The position numbers were made by a program, and so were the translations under genes. Source: Candidatus Woesearchaeota archaeon (lineage in GTDB: Archaea; Nanobdellota; Nanobdellia; SCGC-AAA011-G17; GW2011-AR17). Taken from it: DNA of 37,714 nt. A model generated the notes under the pieces. The model was not told where the DNA came from. It searched no databases and was given only the letters and a program-made list of their open reading frames with translations. Every line of letters begins with the position of its first letter. Position 1 is the stretch's first letter. Location of the stretch: contig JAGWAA010000003.1 of NCBI GenBank assembly GCA_018302165.1, positions 1 through 37,714 on the forward strand, given 5' to 3'. This document shows, piece by piece, positions 30,364 to 37,714 of this stretch.

Positions 30364-32856
30364 TTATCCTGTATAACTTACCTTAGAAGTAATCTGCGCT
30401 CCACGAGCAGTCCGTATATAAGTATCCTCGATTTCTCTATACTTTTTCATATCCTGTTCTCTGATTGAACCTTTAACTTTATCTAGAGCACCTTCAAAAT
30501 GTTTCATTGCAACTTCTTTTGCATCAATATTCTCTCTTAATGCAAGCATTGCTGCCTCCCGACAAACACCTTCAATATCACTCCCAACATAATTTTGTGT
30601 ATTCGAAACTAATGCTTTGAAATCCACATCTTTTGCTAATGGCATATTTTTCTTCTCAGTATACATCTTAAATATATCTGCTCTTGCTTTCTCGTCTGGT
30701 AAAGGTGTTAATAATACTCTATCAAATCGTCCTGGTCTCAATAATGCTGGATCCAAAATATCTGGTCTGTTAGTTGCAGCAATTACAACAACATCCTTCA
30801 ATTCTTCTAGACCATCAATTTCAGTCAATAAAGTATTTACCATTCTTTCGGTTACATTATTTTCTCCACCTTGTCCTCTACGCACTGCAATCGAATCAAT
30901 CTCATCAAAGAAAATTACAGTCGGTGCAACCTGTCTTGCTTTTCTAAATATCTCACGAACACCTTTTTCTGATTCACCAACAAATTTATTCAACAACTCT
31001 GGCCCTTTAACTAAAATAAAATTAGCTTCAGATTCATATGCAACAGCTTTCGCTAATAATGTTTTTCCGCACCCTGGTGGCCCATAAAGTAACACACCCT
31101 TTGGAGGTCGTATACCCATTTGTTTGAATCTATCTGGATACTTCAATGGCCATTCAACAGCCTCGATTAACTCTTTTTTAATGGTTTCCAATCCCCCAAC
31201 ATCTTCCCAGCTTACATTCGGTATTTCCACTAATACTTCCCTCATTCCCGACGGTGCAACATTCTTCATTGCTTCTTCAAAATCTTCTGCAGAAATAGTT
31301 AGCTTTTCCAAAACTTCTTTTGACACTTGCTGACTTTCTTTCATATTAATATCTGGCAATACTCTCCTAATAACATTCAATGCAGCTTCTTTACACAATG
31401 ATGCTAAATCCGCTCCAACAAACCCATGCGTCCGTGCAGCAATCTCATTCAACATTCCTAATATCAAATAAGGTTTCAATTTTGTTTTTGCATCATTCGA
31501 TAATGAATCAAACTGCTTCTGATCATTCTTCAAAGTTTTCAAAAGTTCTTTTAACAATCTTTGAGTCTCTTTAATTTCCTCAGCCTCATTAGGTTCCTTA
31601 TTATTATTTTTCAATTCCTCAGAAACTTGCTCTAAAGCTTTTTGCAAATAATTTCTTCTCACAGGCGGCACTAATGGCATGTTCCGAGTATGAATCTTCA
31701 AAATATTCAATCTTCCTTCTTTTGTCGGCGCCCCAATTTCTATTTCCCTATCGAATCGACCAGGACGACGCAATGCAGGATCTATTGAATTAGGTCTGTT
31801 AGTTGCTGCGATTACAATAACTTTCCCTCTATCATTCATCCCATCCATCGTCGCTAACAACTGTGCAACCATCCTCTTCTCTACTTCCCCAAAACTTTCT
31901 TCTCTTTTGGAAGCAATCGCATCAATCTCATCAATGAATAATATAGCTGGCGCTTTCTTTTCCGCTTCTTCAAACTTTTCTCTTATTTTCTTCTCTGCTT
32001 CCCCAACAAACTTTGACACAACTTCAGGCCCATTAATTACTAAGAATGTTGCATCTGTTTCATTCGCTACAGCTTTCGCGAGTAATGTTTTTCCACACCC
32101 TGGCGGTCCATGTAATAGAATTCCTTTTGGCGGCTCAATCCCTAATCTCTCGAACAACTCTGGATGCTTCAATGGCAATTCCACCATCTCCCTAACTTTT
32201 TTAATTTCCTCAGTAAGCCCACCAACATCTTCATATGTTACTGACGGCACTTTCTCTTCGAACACTTCTAACGATTTTGAATTAAACTTAACCTCAGTAT
32301 TTTCAGTAATGATTACAGACCCTTTTGGAAACACATCCGCTACAACAAACCTTAATCCAGATATTCCAAACCCCCCCATAAAATCTTCTTCAAACATTTG
32401 AAAAACATCATCGAAAAATGGCGAATCAGATAAAGTACTCTTTCTTCTTCTTGTTCCACCTAATGCAATAATATCCCCTTTGACAAGCGCCCTTCCAAGA
32501 ATTCCTCTTTTGAACATCTCAGTATCTAATCTTATTGTCACCCCTTTTTGTGCAGGTGCTATAGTAACTGATTTAGATTCTTTCACATCAGCTTTTCTAA
32601 CTTTAACAAATTCTCCAATACCAGTCTTCGCATTCCTACGAAGAATCCCATCCATCCTGATTACAGTCTGCCCAATATCCGTCGGATACGCCCGATCAAC
32701 AATCCCAACAGTCCCTCTTCCCCCTTCTATCTCAATGATATCCCCTACACGAACACCAATCTCTTTCATGGTCTCAGTATCAATTCTAACAATGCCCTTG
32801 TAAGCTTCCTCTTGCAACGCTTCCATAACCTTCAAATTAATTTCTTTGTCTGCCAT
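30364..32856 (-). CDS. cdc48: CDC48/VCP AAA+ ATPase
   Basis: N domain plus two AAA modules (GPPGCGKT x2, DEID x2, RPGRFDR x2). Confidence 0.97.
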   Translation of the reverse strand: MADKEINLKVMEALQEEAYKGIVRIDTETMKEIGVRVGDIIEIEGGRGTVGIVDRAYPTDIGQTVIRMDGILRRNAKTGIGEFVKVRKADVKESKSVTIAPAQKGVTIRLDTEMFKRGILGRALVKGDIIALGGTRRRKSTLSDSPFFDDVFQMFEEDFMGGFGISGLRFVVADVFPKGSVIITENTEVKFNSKSLEVFEEKVPSVTYEDVGGLTEEIKKVREMVELPLKHPELFERLGIEPPKGILLHGPPGCGKTLLAKAVANETDATFLVINGPEVVSKFVGEAEKKIREKFEEAEKKAPAILFIDEIDAIASKREESFGEVEKRMVAQLLATMDGMNDRGKVIVIAATNRPNSIDPALRRPGRFDREIEIGAPTKEGRLNILKIHTRNMPLVPPVRRNYLQKALEQVSEELKNNNKEPNEAEEIKETQRLLKELLKTLKNDQKQFDSLSNDAKTKLKPYLILGMLNEIAARTHGFVGADLASLCKEAALNVIRRVLPDINMKESQQVSKEVLEKLTISAEDFEEAMKNVAPSGMREVLVEIPNVSWEDVGGLETIKKELIEAVEWPLKYPDRFKQMGIRPPKGVLLYGPPGCGKTLLAKAVAYESEANFILVKGPELLNKFVGESEKGVREIFRKARQVAPTVIFFDEIDSIAVRRGQGGENNVTERMVNTLLTEIDGLEELKDVVVIAATNRPDILDPALLRPGRFDRVLLTPLPDEKARADIFKMYTEKKNMPLAKDVDFKALVSNTQNYVGSDIEGVCREAAMLALRENIDAKEVAMKHFEGALDKVKGSIREQDMKKYREIEDTYIRTARGAQITSKVSYTG

Positions 32857-32864
32857 TTTGCCTC

Positions 32865-33209
32865 CTAGAGCACCCTTCGTATTTTTGTAAACTTCAGCAC
32901 CACTTTTCCAGGTTCATCAAGATTTAAGCTTATCACTTTTGCAGTAGATATTTCCTCGAACCTAATTATTTCCTTTGGTATAGAAACAATCCACGAATTC
33001 CCCACTTCCCTTAGCTTTACTTGAAAATCTTTATTTCTGAGTAATATATATTCTTGATAATCTCTCATATCTAATGGATGATACCATAATTTTTTACACT
33101 TAGGACAATGCCAAGCCCTGATTCTAAATCCATCTTTCGAAACTTGCGTCTTCTCTGTTTTTCCATTGCACTGATCGCACAACATCACCGAATCAAATAT
33201 ATCTTTCAT
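32865..33209 (-). CDS. Zn-ribbon plus AbrB/SpoVT-type DNA-binding protein
   Basis: CDQC...[22 protein letters not shown]. Confidence 0.8.
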   Translation of the reverse strand: MKDIFDSVMLCDQCNGKTEKTQVSKDGFRIRAWHCPKCKKLWYHPLDMRDYQEYILLRNKDFQVKLREVGNSWIVSIPKEIIRFEEISTAKVISLNLDEPGKVVLKFTKIRRVL

Positions 33210-33248
33210 TTTCGTATATACGGAAAAGTATACATAACTTGTATATAA
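33209..33248. promoter_or_regulatory. Candidate operator/promoter of the AbrB-cdc48 operon
   Basis: Palindrome CGTATATACG (33213-33222) and TATACA-N4-TGTATA-like inverted repeat directly upstream of the start. Confidence 0.4.
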
Positions 33249-33296
33249 ATCTTGTGGCTACAAAAGTTTTAATAAAACTAATAATAATTTAATATT

Positions 33297-33440
33297 ATGT
33301 TACCATTAAAGTTTATTTTAGGGATAGTATTCATCATAGTAAGTATATTTTTATATTTAACAAAAAACGGATTTGCATATTTAATAGCAATAATTTTAGA
33401 CGCAATAAGCATAGAATTAATTTTCACAGCTGAATTCTAA
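33297..33440 (+). CDS. 47-aa two-helix membrane protein (not in the ORF track)
   Basis: MLPLKFILGIVFIIVSIFLYLTKNGFAYLIAIILDAISIELIFTAEF*; TAA overlaps repeat R1. Confidence 0.55.
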   Translation: MLPLKFILGIVFIIVSIFLYLTKNGFAYLIAIILDAISIELIFTAEF

Positions 33441-33502
33441 CAGTTCAATCGCCACTGAGGCTCCCGAAAGATTTCCGGATTTTTCTTATAAACATTTATT
33501 AA
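33440..33502 (+). repeat. Direct repeat R1 (23-bp core plus hairpin/T-tract/TATA-like tail)
   Basis: ACAGTTCAATCGCCACTGAGGCT at 33440-33462; 60/63 identical to 34962-35024. Confidence 0.95.
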
Positions 33503-33547
33503 ACCAACCAAAGATATATAAACTAAAAAAGTAAAAGGAGAATAAAG

Positions 33548-33793
33548 ATGGTTGAAACAATATCTCTTCAGGATTTATCATTAGAAAACAAAGAATTTTT
33601 ATTAAAAGAATTAGGCTTTGCTTCCGATGGTATTTATGTTTTAGATTCCGAAGGAGAAAAGGTAATTGACAATTATATCAACGAACCTGTAAAGATAGAT
33701 AATATGCTCATTCTTCCAGGTAGCACAATCATTATTGATAACAACCCATTAAGTATAGCCTCCTATTTACAGGGGCATCCAGATGTCTTCTGA
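33548..33793 (+). CDS. hypothetical protein (first of an overlapping pair)
   Basis: AAGGAG SD; overlaps the next ORF. Confidence 0.65.
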   Translation: MVETISLQDLSLENKEFLLKELGFASDGIYVLDSEGEKVIDNYINEPVKIDNMLILPGSTIIIDNNPLSIASYLQGHPDVF

Positions 33794-34460
33794 TGAAATA
33801 GAAAACAATATAATCAAAGGGATAATTTTTTATAGCGAGGATAAAATAAAAGAATTAGTCAGAAAATTTCAAGAACGTGAAATAGCATTCATCCAAAAGA
33901 GAGAAACAATAGACTTAGTTAAAGAACAAATAAAAAGTGGCGAATGGAATCTTCTCAGTAAATATATTCGAAAGAATGAACTTAAAATACTTGTTCAAAT
34001 GGGCTTAACATTAAGAAGATTAGAAGACAAAAAAGACTTTAATTCATTACAAGATTTAAGAGATAAAATAGTTTACAAATTTGGTGAAGATGGCCTGCAT
34101 ATTTCTCAGTTTGTCCAAAATAAAATCTTAACTGAATTTCTCGCAAGTTACATTTCAAACCAAAGAAATTTAGAAGACTTAATTAGAAATATAGAAAAGA
34201 TATTAAATAATTTAGAAAAACAAGTTATTTTTATAAAAGCAGATGATAATGTAGATAAAATTTTAGAAAAATTAAACATAAAACTAAATGCTAATGAACC
34301 AGATTCATTTATTATTTTTGCAAAAGAATCAGCAATTAAAAATGCAGAAAAAATAAACCTTAGATTACAAAAGATTAAAGATTTTAATTATAAAATTGAA
34401 ATTAAACAAGAAAAGAGACAATTATTAATCTTAATGTTTAAGATTAAAAGTATTGATTAA
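33783..34460 (+). CDS. hypothetical protein (second of the pair)
   Basis: 225-aa, largely helical-looking. Confidence 0.65.
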   Translation: MSSDEIENNIIKGIIFYSEDKIKELVRKFQEREIAFIQKRETIDLVKEQIKSGEWNLLSKYIRKNELKILVQMGLTLRRLEDKKDFNSLQDLRDKIVYKFGEDGLHISQFVQNKILTEFLASYISNQRNLEDLIRNIEKILNNLEKQVIFIKADDNVDKILEKLNIKLNANEPDSFIIFAKESAIKNAEKINLRLQKIKDFNYKIEIKQEKRQLLILMFKIKSID

Positions 34461-34471
34461 AACTGCAAAAA

Positions 34472-34858
34472 CTACATACAATTTTTATCAGAACAATAAA
34501 TCGCTACATTCAATGCCTTAGATTTATTATAAGCATCTGTAGCAAGAGCTCTAAAATTTGGATCCATTACTTTAGTTCCGAAGAATCTATAAGCATTATG
34601 AGCATTCTCACATCTTTCCAAATAACCCTCAGCATTAAAAAGAACCCAATCCATCATCCCACCAGATCCAATAATAGGTTTTCTAACAATACAATCTAAA
34701 ACCCCGTCATTATCAACATCCAACAATTCAAGTGGATTAGCAGTTGGCCCTTCAATTATTACACTATTCCAATCAGGTATAGGAACAATTTCAATTTCTT
34801 TATCACCACTACAAGCTACCATTAAAGGTACAACAGTCAATAAGTGTCTTATATTCAT
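34472..34858 (-). CDS. hypothetical lipoprotein
   Basis: Lipobox LMVAC; Ca-binding-like DVDNDGVLD loop. Confidence 0.6.
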   Translation of the reverse strand: MNIRHLLTVVPLMVACSGDKEIEIVPIPDWNSVIIEGPTANPLELLDVDNDGVLDCIVRKPIIGSGGMMDWVLFNAEGYLERCENAHNAYRFFGTKVMDPNFRALATDAYNKSKALNVAIYCSDKNCM

Positions 34859-34896
34859 AATCTCTGTTTTTAATAACTAATTTATAAACATTCCGC

Positions 34897-35024
34897 AGCC
34901 CTCGCGGCGACTGAGCGACTTAGCCGAAGGCTTCCTTTGATCAAACTTTAGAAAAGTTTGTACAGTTCAATCGCCACTGAGGCTACCGAAAGATTTTCGG
35001 TTTTTTCTTATAAACATTTATTAA
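34897..35024. repeat. Repeat R2 embedded in an 88-bp imperfect palindrome (34897-34984), followed by a hairpin and T-tract
   Basis: Left arm AGCCCTCGCGGCGACTGAGC pairs with right arm GTTCAATCGCCACTGAGGCT; core at 34962-34984; ACCGAAA-GAT-TTTCGGT followed by T5. Confidence 0.9.
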
Positions 35025-35054
35025 TCCTAAAACATAAGATTTAAATACCAAAAA

Positions 35055-35600
35055 ATGGACAACTATAAACATAAATGGACAGCACTTCAAAATAGTATAT
35101 TTAGATTCCTTTGTATAAAGACAGGAATGAGCACAAACTTAAGAGGTCTAGCAAAATCATTAAAAGTATCACCAACAGCAGTTTCAAAGTCTCTCGACAA
35201 ATTAGAAAAAGAAGGTCTAATCAAAATAAACAAATCAAAAACTATGAACCTTATGTCTATTGAATTCAATCGTGATAATCAAAAAGCAATTAATTTCAAA
35301 AGAATTGAAAACGTAAAAATTATTTATGAGTCAAATTTCTTAGAAACTTTAGAAAATCTATTCCCTGGATGCAGTATAATCCTTTTCGGTAGTTATTCAT
35401 TAGGTGAAGATACCATCAACTCAGATATTGACATAGCCATAATAGGAACTAAAGGTAAAGAAATAGAATTAACAAAATATAATAAACTATTCGAAAGGAA
35501 AGTAACAATAAACTTCTATAAATCCTGGTCAGATATCCACAAGCACTTAAAAGAAAATATTCTAAGAGGAATAGTATTGCATGGAGGAATAGAATTATGA
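35055..35600 (+). CDS. wHTH plus minimal nucleotidyltransferase (MNT) antitoxin
   Basis: HTH (LRGLAKSLKVSPTAVSKSLDKLEKEGLI); ILFGSYSLGEDTINSDIDIAI. Confidence 0.88.
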   Translation: MDNYKHKWTALQNSIFRFLCIKTGMSTNLRGLAKSLKVSPTAVSKSLDKLEKEGLIKINKSKTMNLMSIEFNRDNQKAINFKRIENVKIIYESNFLETLENLFPGCSIILFGSYSLGEDTINSDIDIAIIGTKGKEIELTKYNKLFERKVTINFYKSWSDIHKHLKENILRGIVLHGGIEL

Positions 35601-36040
35601 AATACTTTGAAGATTTCGTTTCAGAAGGAATAATCAAAAAAACTTCTATAAATAAATCCAAAGCTAAATTTCTAATAGAAGAAACTGAAAGAACCTCAAG
35701 AAGTCTGTTCAAGCGCATTGAAGCTCTGGGTATTGATGATGATAATGCAAACTCAATCACAAAAGATTGCTATGATATAATCATGGAACTAATCCGTGCC
35801 ACACTACAACTTTCAGGCTATTCTTCATCAGGTGCTTATGCCCATGAAGCCGAAATCTCTTTCTTAAGAAAATTAAAGTTCTCTGAATCAGAAATAGTAT
35901 TCATAAACGACTTGCGTATAAATAGAAATGGAATAACTTACTATGGTAAAATCTTAAACAAGGATGATGCAGAAAGAATAGTTTCATTTACAAAAAAGAC
36001 TTATCCCAAGTTAAAGAAATTAGTTATAGAAAAAATATAA
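35597..36040 (+). CDS. HEPN-domain protein (MNT-HEPN toxin partner)
   Basis: ATGA overlap with MNT; AHEA and LRINRNGITYY (R-x4-Y variant of the HEPN motif); TAA overlaps repeat R3. Confidence 0.75.
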   Translation: MKYFEDFVSEGIIKKTSINKSKAKFLIEETERTSRSLFKRIEALGIDDDNANSITKDCYDIIMELIRATLQLSGYSSSGAYAHEAEISFLRKLKFSESEIVFINDLRINRNGITYYGKILNKDDAERIVSFTKKTYPKLKKLVIEKI

Positions 36041-36062
36041 CAGTTCAATCGCCACTGAGGCT
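36040..36062 (+). repeat. Direct repeat R3 (23-bp core)
   Basis: ACAGTTCAATCGCCACTGAGGCT then CCGAAA. Confidence 0.95.
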
Positions 36063-36121
36063 CCGAAAAAGATTCAATTAAATAACCAAAAACTTTATAT
36101 TACATTTTAGCATTACAAATA

Positions 36122-36204
36122 ATACTAACTGCTAGGGAGTTCACTGTGTAAAGTCTCAGGGGGCAAACTAGGGCAGCGGCACTCTTCGTAGTGCCCTTTA
36201 GTAC
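36122..36204 (-). ncRNA. Putative structured RNA directly 3' of the DUF3800-like gene
   Basis: GC-rich; stems GUACUAA/UUAGUAU, GGCACU/AGUGCC, CUG..CUAG/CUAG-CAG, GAG-ACU/AGU-CUC. Confidence 0.55.
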
Positions 36205-36696
36205 TTATTTTTTCAAGAATTTTTCAAAATCATCTAATCTGATAGTAACATAAGTTTTCATTTTATTTTTAGAATCCTTAGCCATTAAATAAGCATAATT
36301 ATCCGCAAAAGAATTTTTATCTAACTTTTTAAATTGACAATCTAAAATATTCAATTTTAATAATCCTTTCAAGAAATAATTCAAATTATTGACAATTTCA
36401 TTATTATGCCCATAAAAATCTCTACAAATATTTAAAGAAACATTTTTTATTTTAATAGACTTAAATAAATAATAAATAACAATAGAATAAATTCTAATTT
36501 GAAGATTAACTTTCCCTTGAACAGATTTTTTATATTTATACAATTCTTGACCATACTTAGAAGCTATAATTTGAACGAGTTTATTATTAAACTTAAAACC
36601 TTTAATCAGTTTTCCATCTTTACTAGCAATACAAATAACATAATTCTTACTAAGAATATCTTTACCACTAACATCAATATCAAATTCCATTAACAA
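36205..36696 (-). CDS. Putative RNase H-fold protein (DUF3800-like)
   Basis: N-terminal FDIDVSG...YVICIA, central NICRD, C-terminal FADNYAY, paralleling the DESG...D...AD layout. Confidence 0.5.
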   Translation of the reverse strand: MLMEFDIDVSGKDILSKNYVICIASKDGKLIKGFKFNNKLVQIIASKYGQELYKYKKSVQGKVNLQIRIYSIVIYYLFKSIKIKNVSLNICRDFYGHNNEIVNNLNYFLKGLLKLNILDCQFKKLDKNSFADNYAYLMAKDSKNKMKTYVTIRLDDFEKFLKK

Positions 36697-36800
36697 TAAC
36701 TGAAAAAACCTTTTTAAAAAGTTTGAGAAGAAAATTCCGAAAATCTTTCAACTTTTTTCACTAAACCTTTTTGAACCAAATATTTCTAATTTAGAATTAA

Positions 36801-36918
36801 GTCCGTGTTGCCTAATCCGGTATGGCAGATGTCTGAAAAAGCCCCAGTTCACAGCTGAGGCATCTTGAGACAACATCGTCTCGGGAGAGACTTCCGGGTT
36901 CAAATCCCGGCACGGACT
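36801..36918 (+). tRNA. Intron-containing tRNA with long variable arm (Ser/Leu-type body); anticodon reads GAA; intron 36839-36871
   Basis: Acceptor GTCCGTG/CACGGAC plus T73; D-stem GCC/GGC; anticodon stem GATGT/ACATC; V-arm GTCTC/GAGAC; T-arm CCGGG-TTCAAAT-CCCGG; BHB at 37/38. Confidence 0.88.
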
Positions 36919-37031
36919 CACATTGTCGCCTAATCTGGTAATTATTAATTAATCCTAATTAATTTAAATATTTTCCCTAAAAATCTTTGTAAAGGTTTGC
37001 TTTAAATATAATTAATTCTTTCAAAATAACC

Positions 37032-37714
37032 ATGCAAAAGCTCCTTTCCAAATCCAAATACCTTAATGGCCTCCAATGCCCTAAACTATTATGGATTTCT
37101 GTTAACGACAAAACAAAAATGCCAGAAGTATCAGAATCCACCCAGAAATTATTCGATCAAGGCCAAATCGTCGGCGAATATGCAAAGAAATTATTCCCTG
37201 AAGGCATCAATATCCCAGTCAAAGACTTCAACAAAAACTTAAATGATACAAAAGAACTTTTAACCAAAAACAAACCACTGTTCGAACCCGCATTCTTAAT
37301 CAACAGACTTTACTCTAGAGCAGATATTTTAGAACCAACAAACAATGGCTGGAATATCATAGAGGTCAAAAGCTCCACTGAAGTCAAAGAAGTCAACATC
37401 CAAGATGTCGCATTCCAAAGATATGTTTACGAGAAAGCAGGCTTGAAGATTGACAGATGTTATTTATTACACATTAACAACAAATATGTTAGACACGGCG
37501 ATATTAACCCAAAAGAATTATTCACTAAAGAAGATATTACTATTCCTGTTAACGAAGAACTAAAATTTGTAGATGATAGAGTTATAGAAATGCTAGAAAT
37601 TATTGATGGCAAAGAACCTAATACAACCATCAGCAAAAACTGCAAAGAACCTTATGAATGCCAAATGAAAGAATTATGCTGGTCCTTCTTACCCAAAGAA
37701 AACTCAGTCTTCGA
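37032..37714 (+). CDS. DUF2779-type RecB/Cas4-like nuclease (truncated by the window end; not in the ORF track)
   Basis: MQKLLSKSKYLNGLQCPKLLW...FDQGQIVG...RADIL...IEVKSST...DVAFQRYV. Confidence 0.85.
   Translation, partial: MQKLLSKSKYLNGLQCPKLLWISVNDKTKMPEVSESTQKLFDQGQIVGEYAKKLFPEGINIPVKDFNKNLNDTKELLTKNKPLFEPAFLINRLYSRADILEPTNNGWNIIEVKSSTEVKEVNIQDVAFQRYVYEKAGLKIDRCYLLHINNKYVRHGDINPKELFTKEDITIPVNEELKFVDDRVIEMLEIIDGKEPNTTISKNCKEPYECQMKELCWSFLPKENSVF

Noticed and set aside
31450..31670. ~70-aa helical insertion in the CDC48 D1 lid as an intein or novel domain
   Set aside because: No Cys/Ser start or HN end; insertions at this position are known in other archaeal CDC48 proteins.
30617..32803. 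Plus-strand ORFs antisense to cdc48 (similar ones lie opposite mcm, tbp, ileS, htpX, fen and polB)
   Set aside because: Shadow ORFs on the opposite strand of well-supported genes, with no motifs.
33440..36062. Three direct repeats as a CRISPR array
   Set aside because: Intervals are 1.1-1.5 kb and contain whole genes; no cas operon is in the window.
37460..37645. 61-aa minus-strand ORF
   Set aside because: Antisense to the DUF2779-type gene, which runs open from 37032 to the window end.

Overview
AT-rich archaeal chromosomal window. The gene content (TBP, MCM, RFC, FEN1, CDC48, Trm5, TrmB plus PEP-swivel protein) suggests a DPANN archaeon, probably Woesearchaeota-like (inference). Positions 1-33.2 kb are mostly housekeeping genes: MCM with two LAGLIDADG inteins, TBP, IleRS, RFC-S/L, HtpX, HerA-like ATPase, RlmE, Trm5, FEN1, a Pol II-like family B polymerase, Lrp and CDC48, interspersed with small hypothetical genes. 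MCM, RFC-S and RFC-L each carry a frame-breaking internal deletion, and there are two short tandem duplications; these are most likely assembly scars. The most interesting part is 33.3-37.7 kb. Three copies of a 23-bp direct repeat (ACAGTTCAATCGCCACTGAGGCT) partition accessory genes into cassette-like units: a small membrane protein, an unknown gene pair plus lipoprotein, an MNT-HEPN toxin-antitoxin pair, and an RNase H-fold (DUF3800-like) gene with a downstream structured RNA. Two copies overlap a stop codon, and one is the right arm of an 88-bp imperfect palindrome. The array ends at an intron-containing tRNA with a Ser/Leu-type long variable arm but a GAA (Phe) anticodon, whose intron shares both ends of the repeat. 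A DUF2779-type nuclease gene follows. No integrase is visible in the window.
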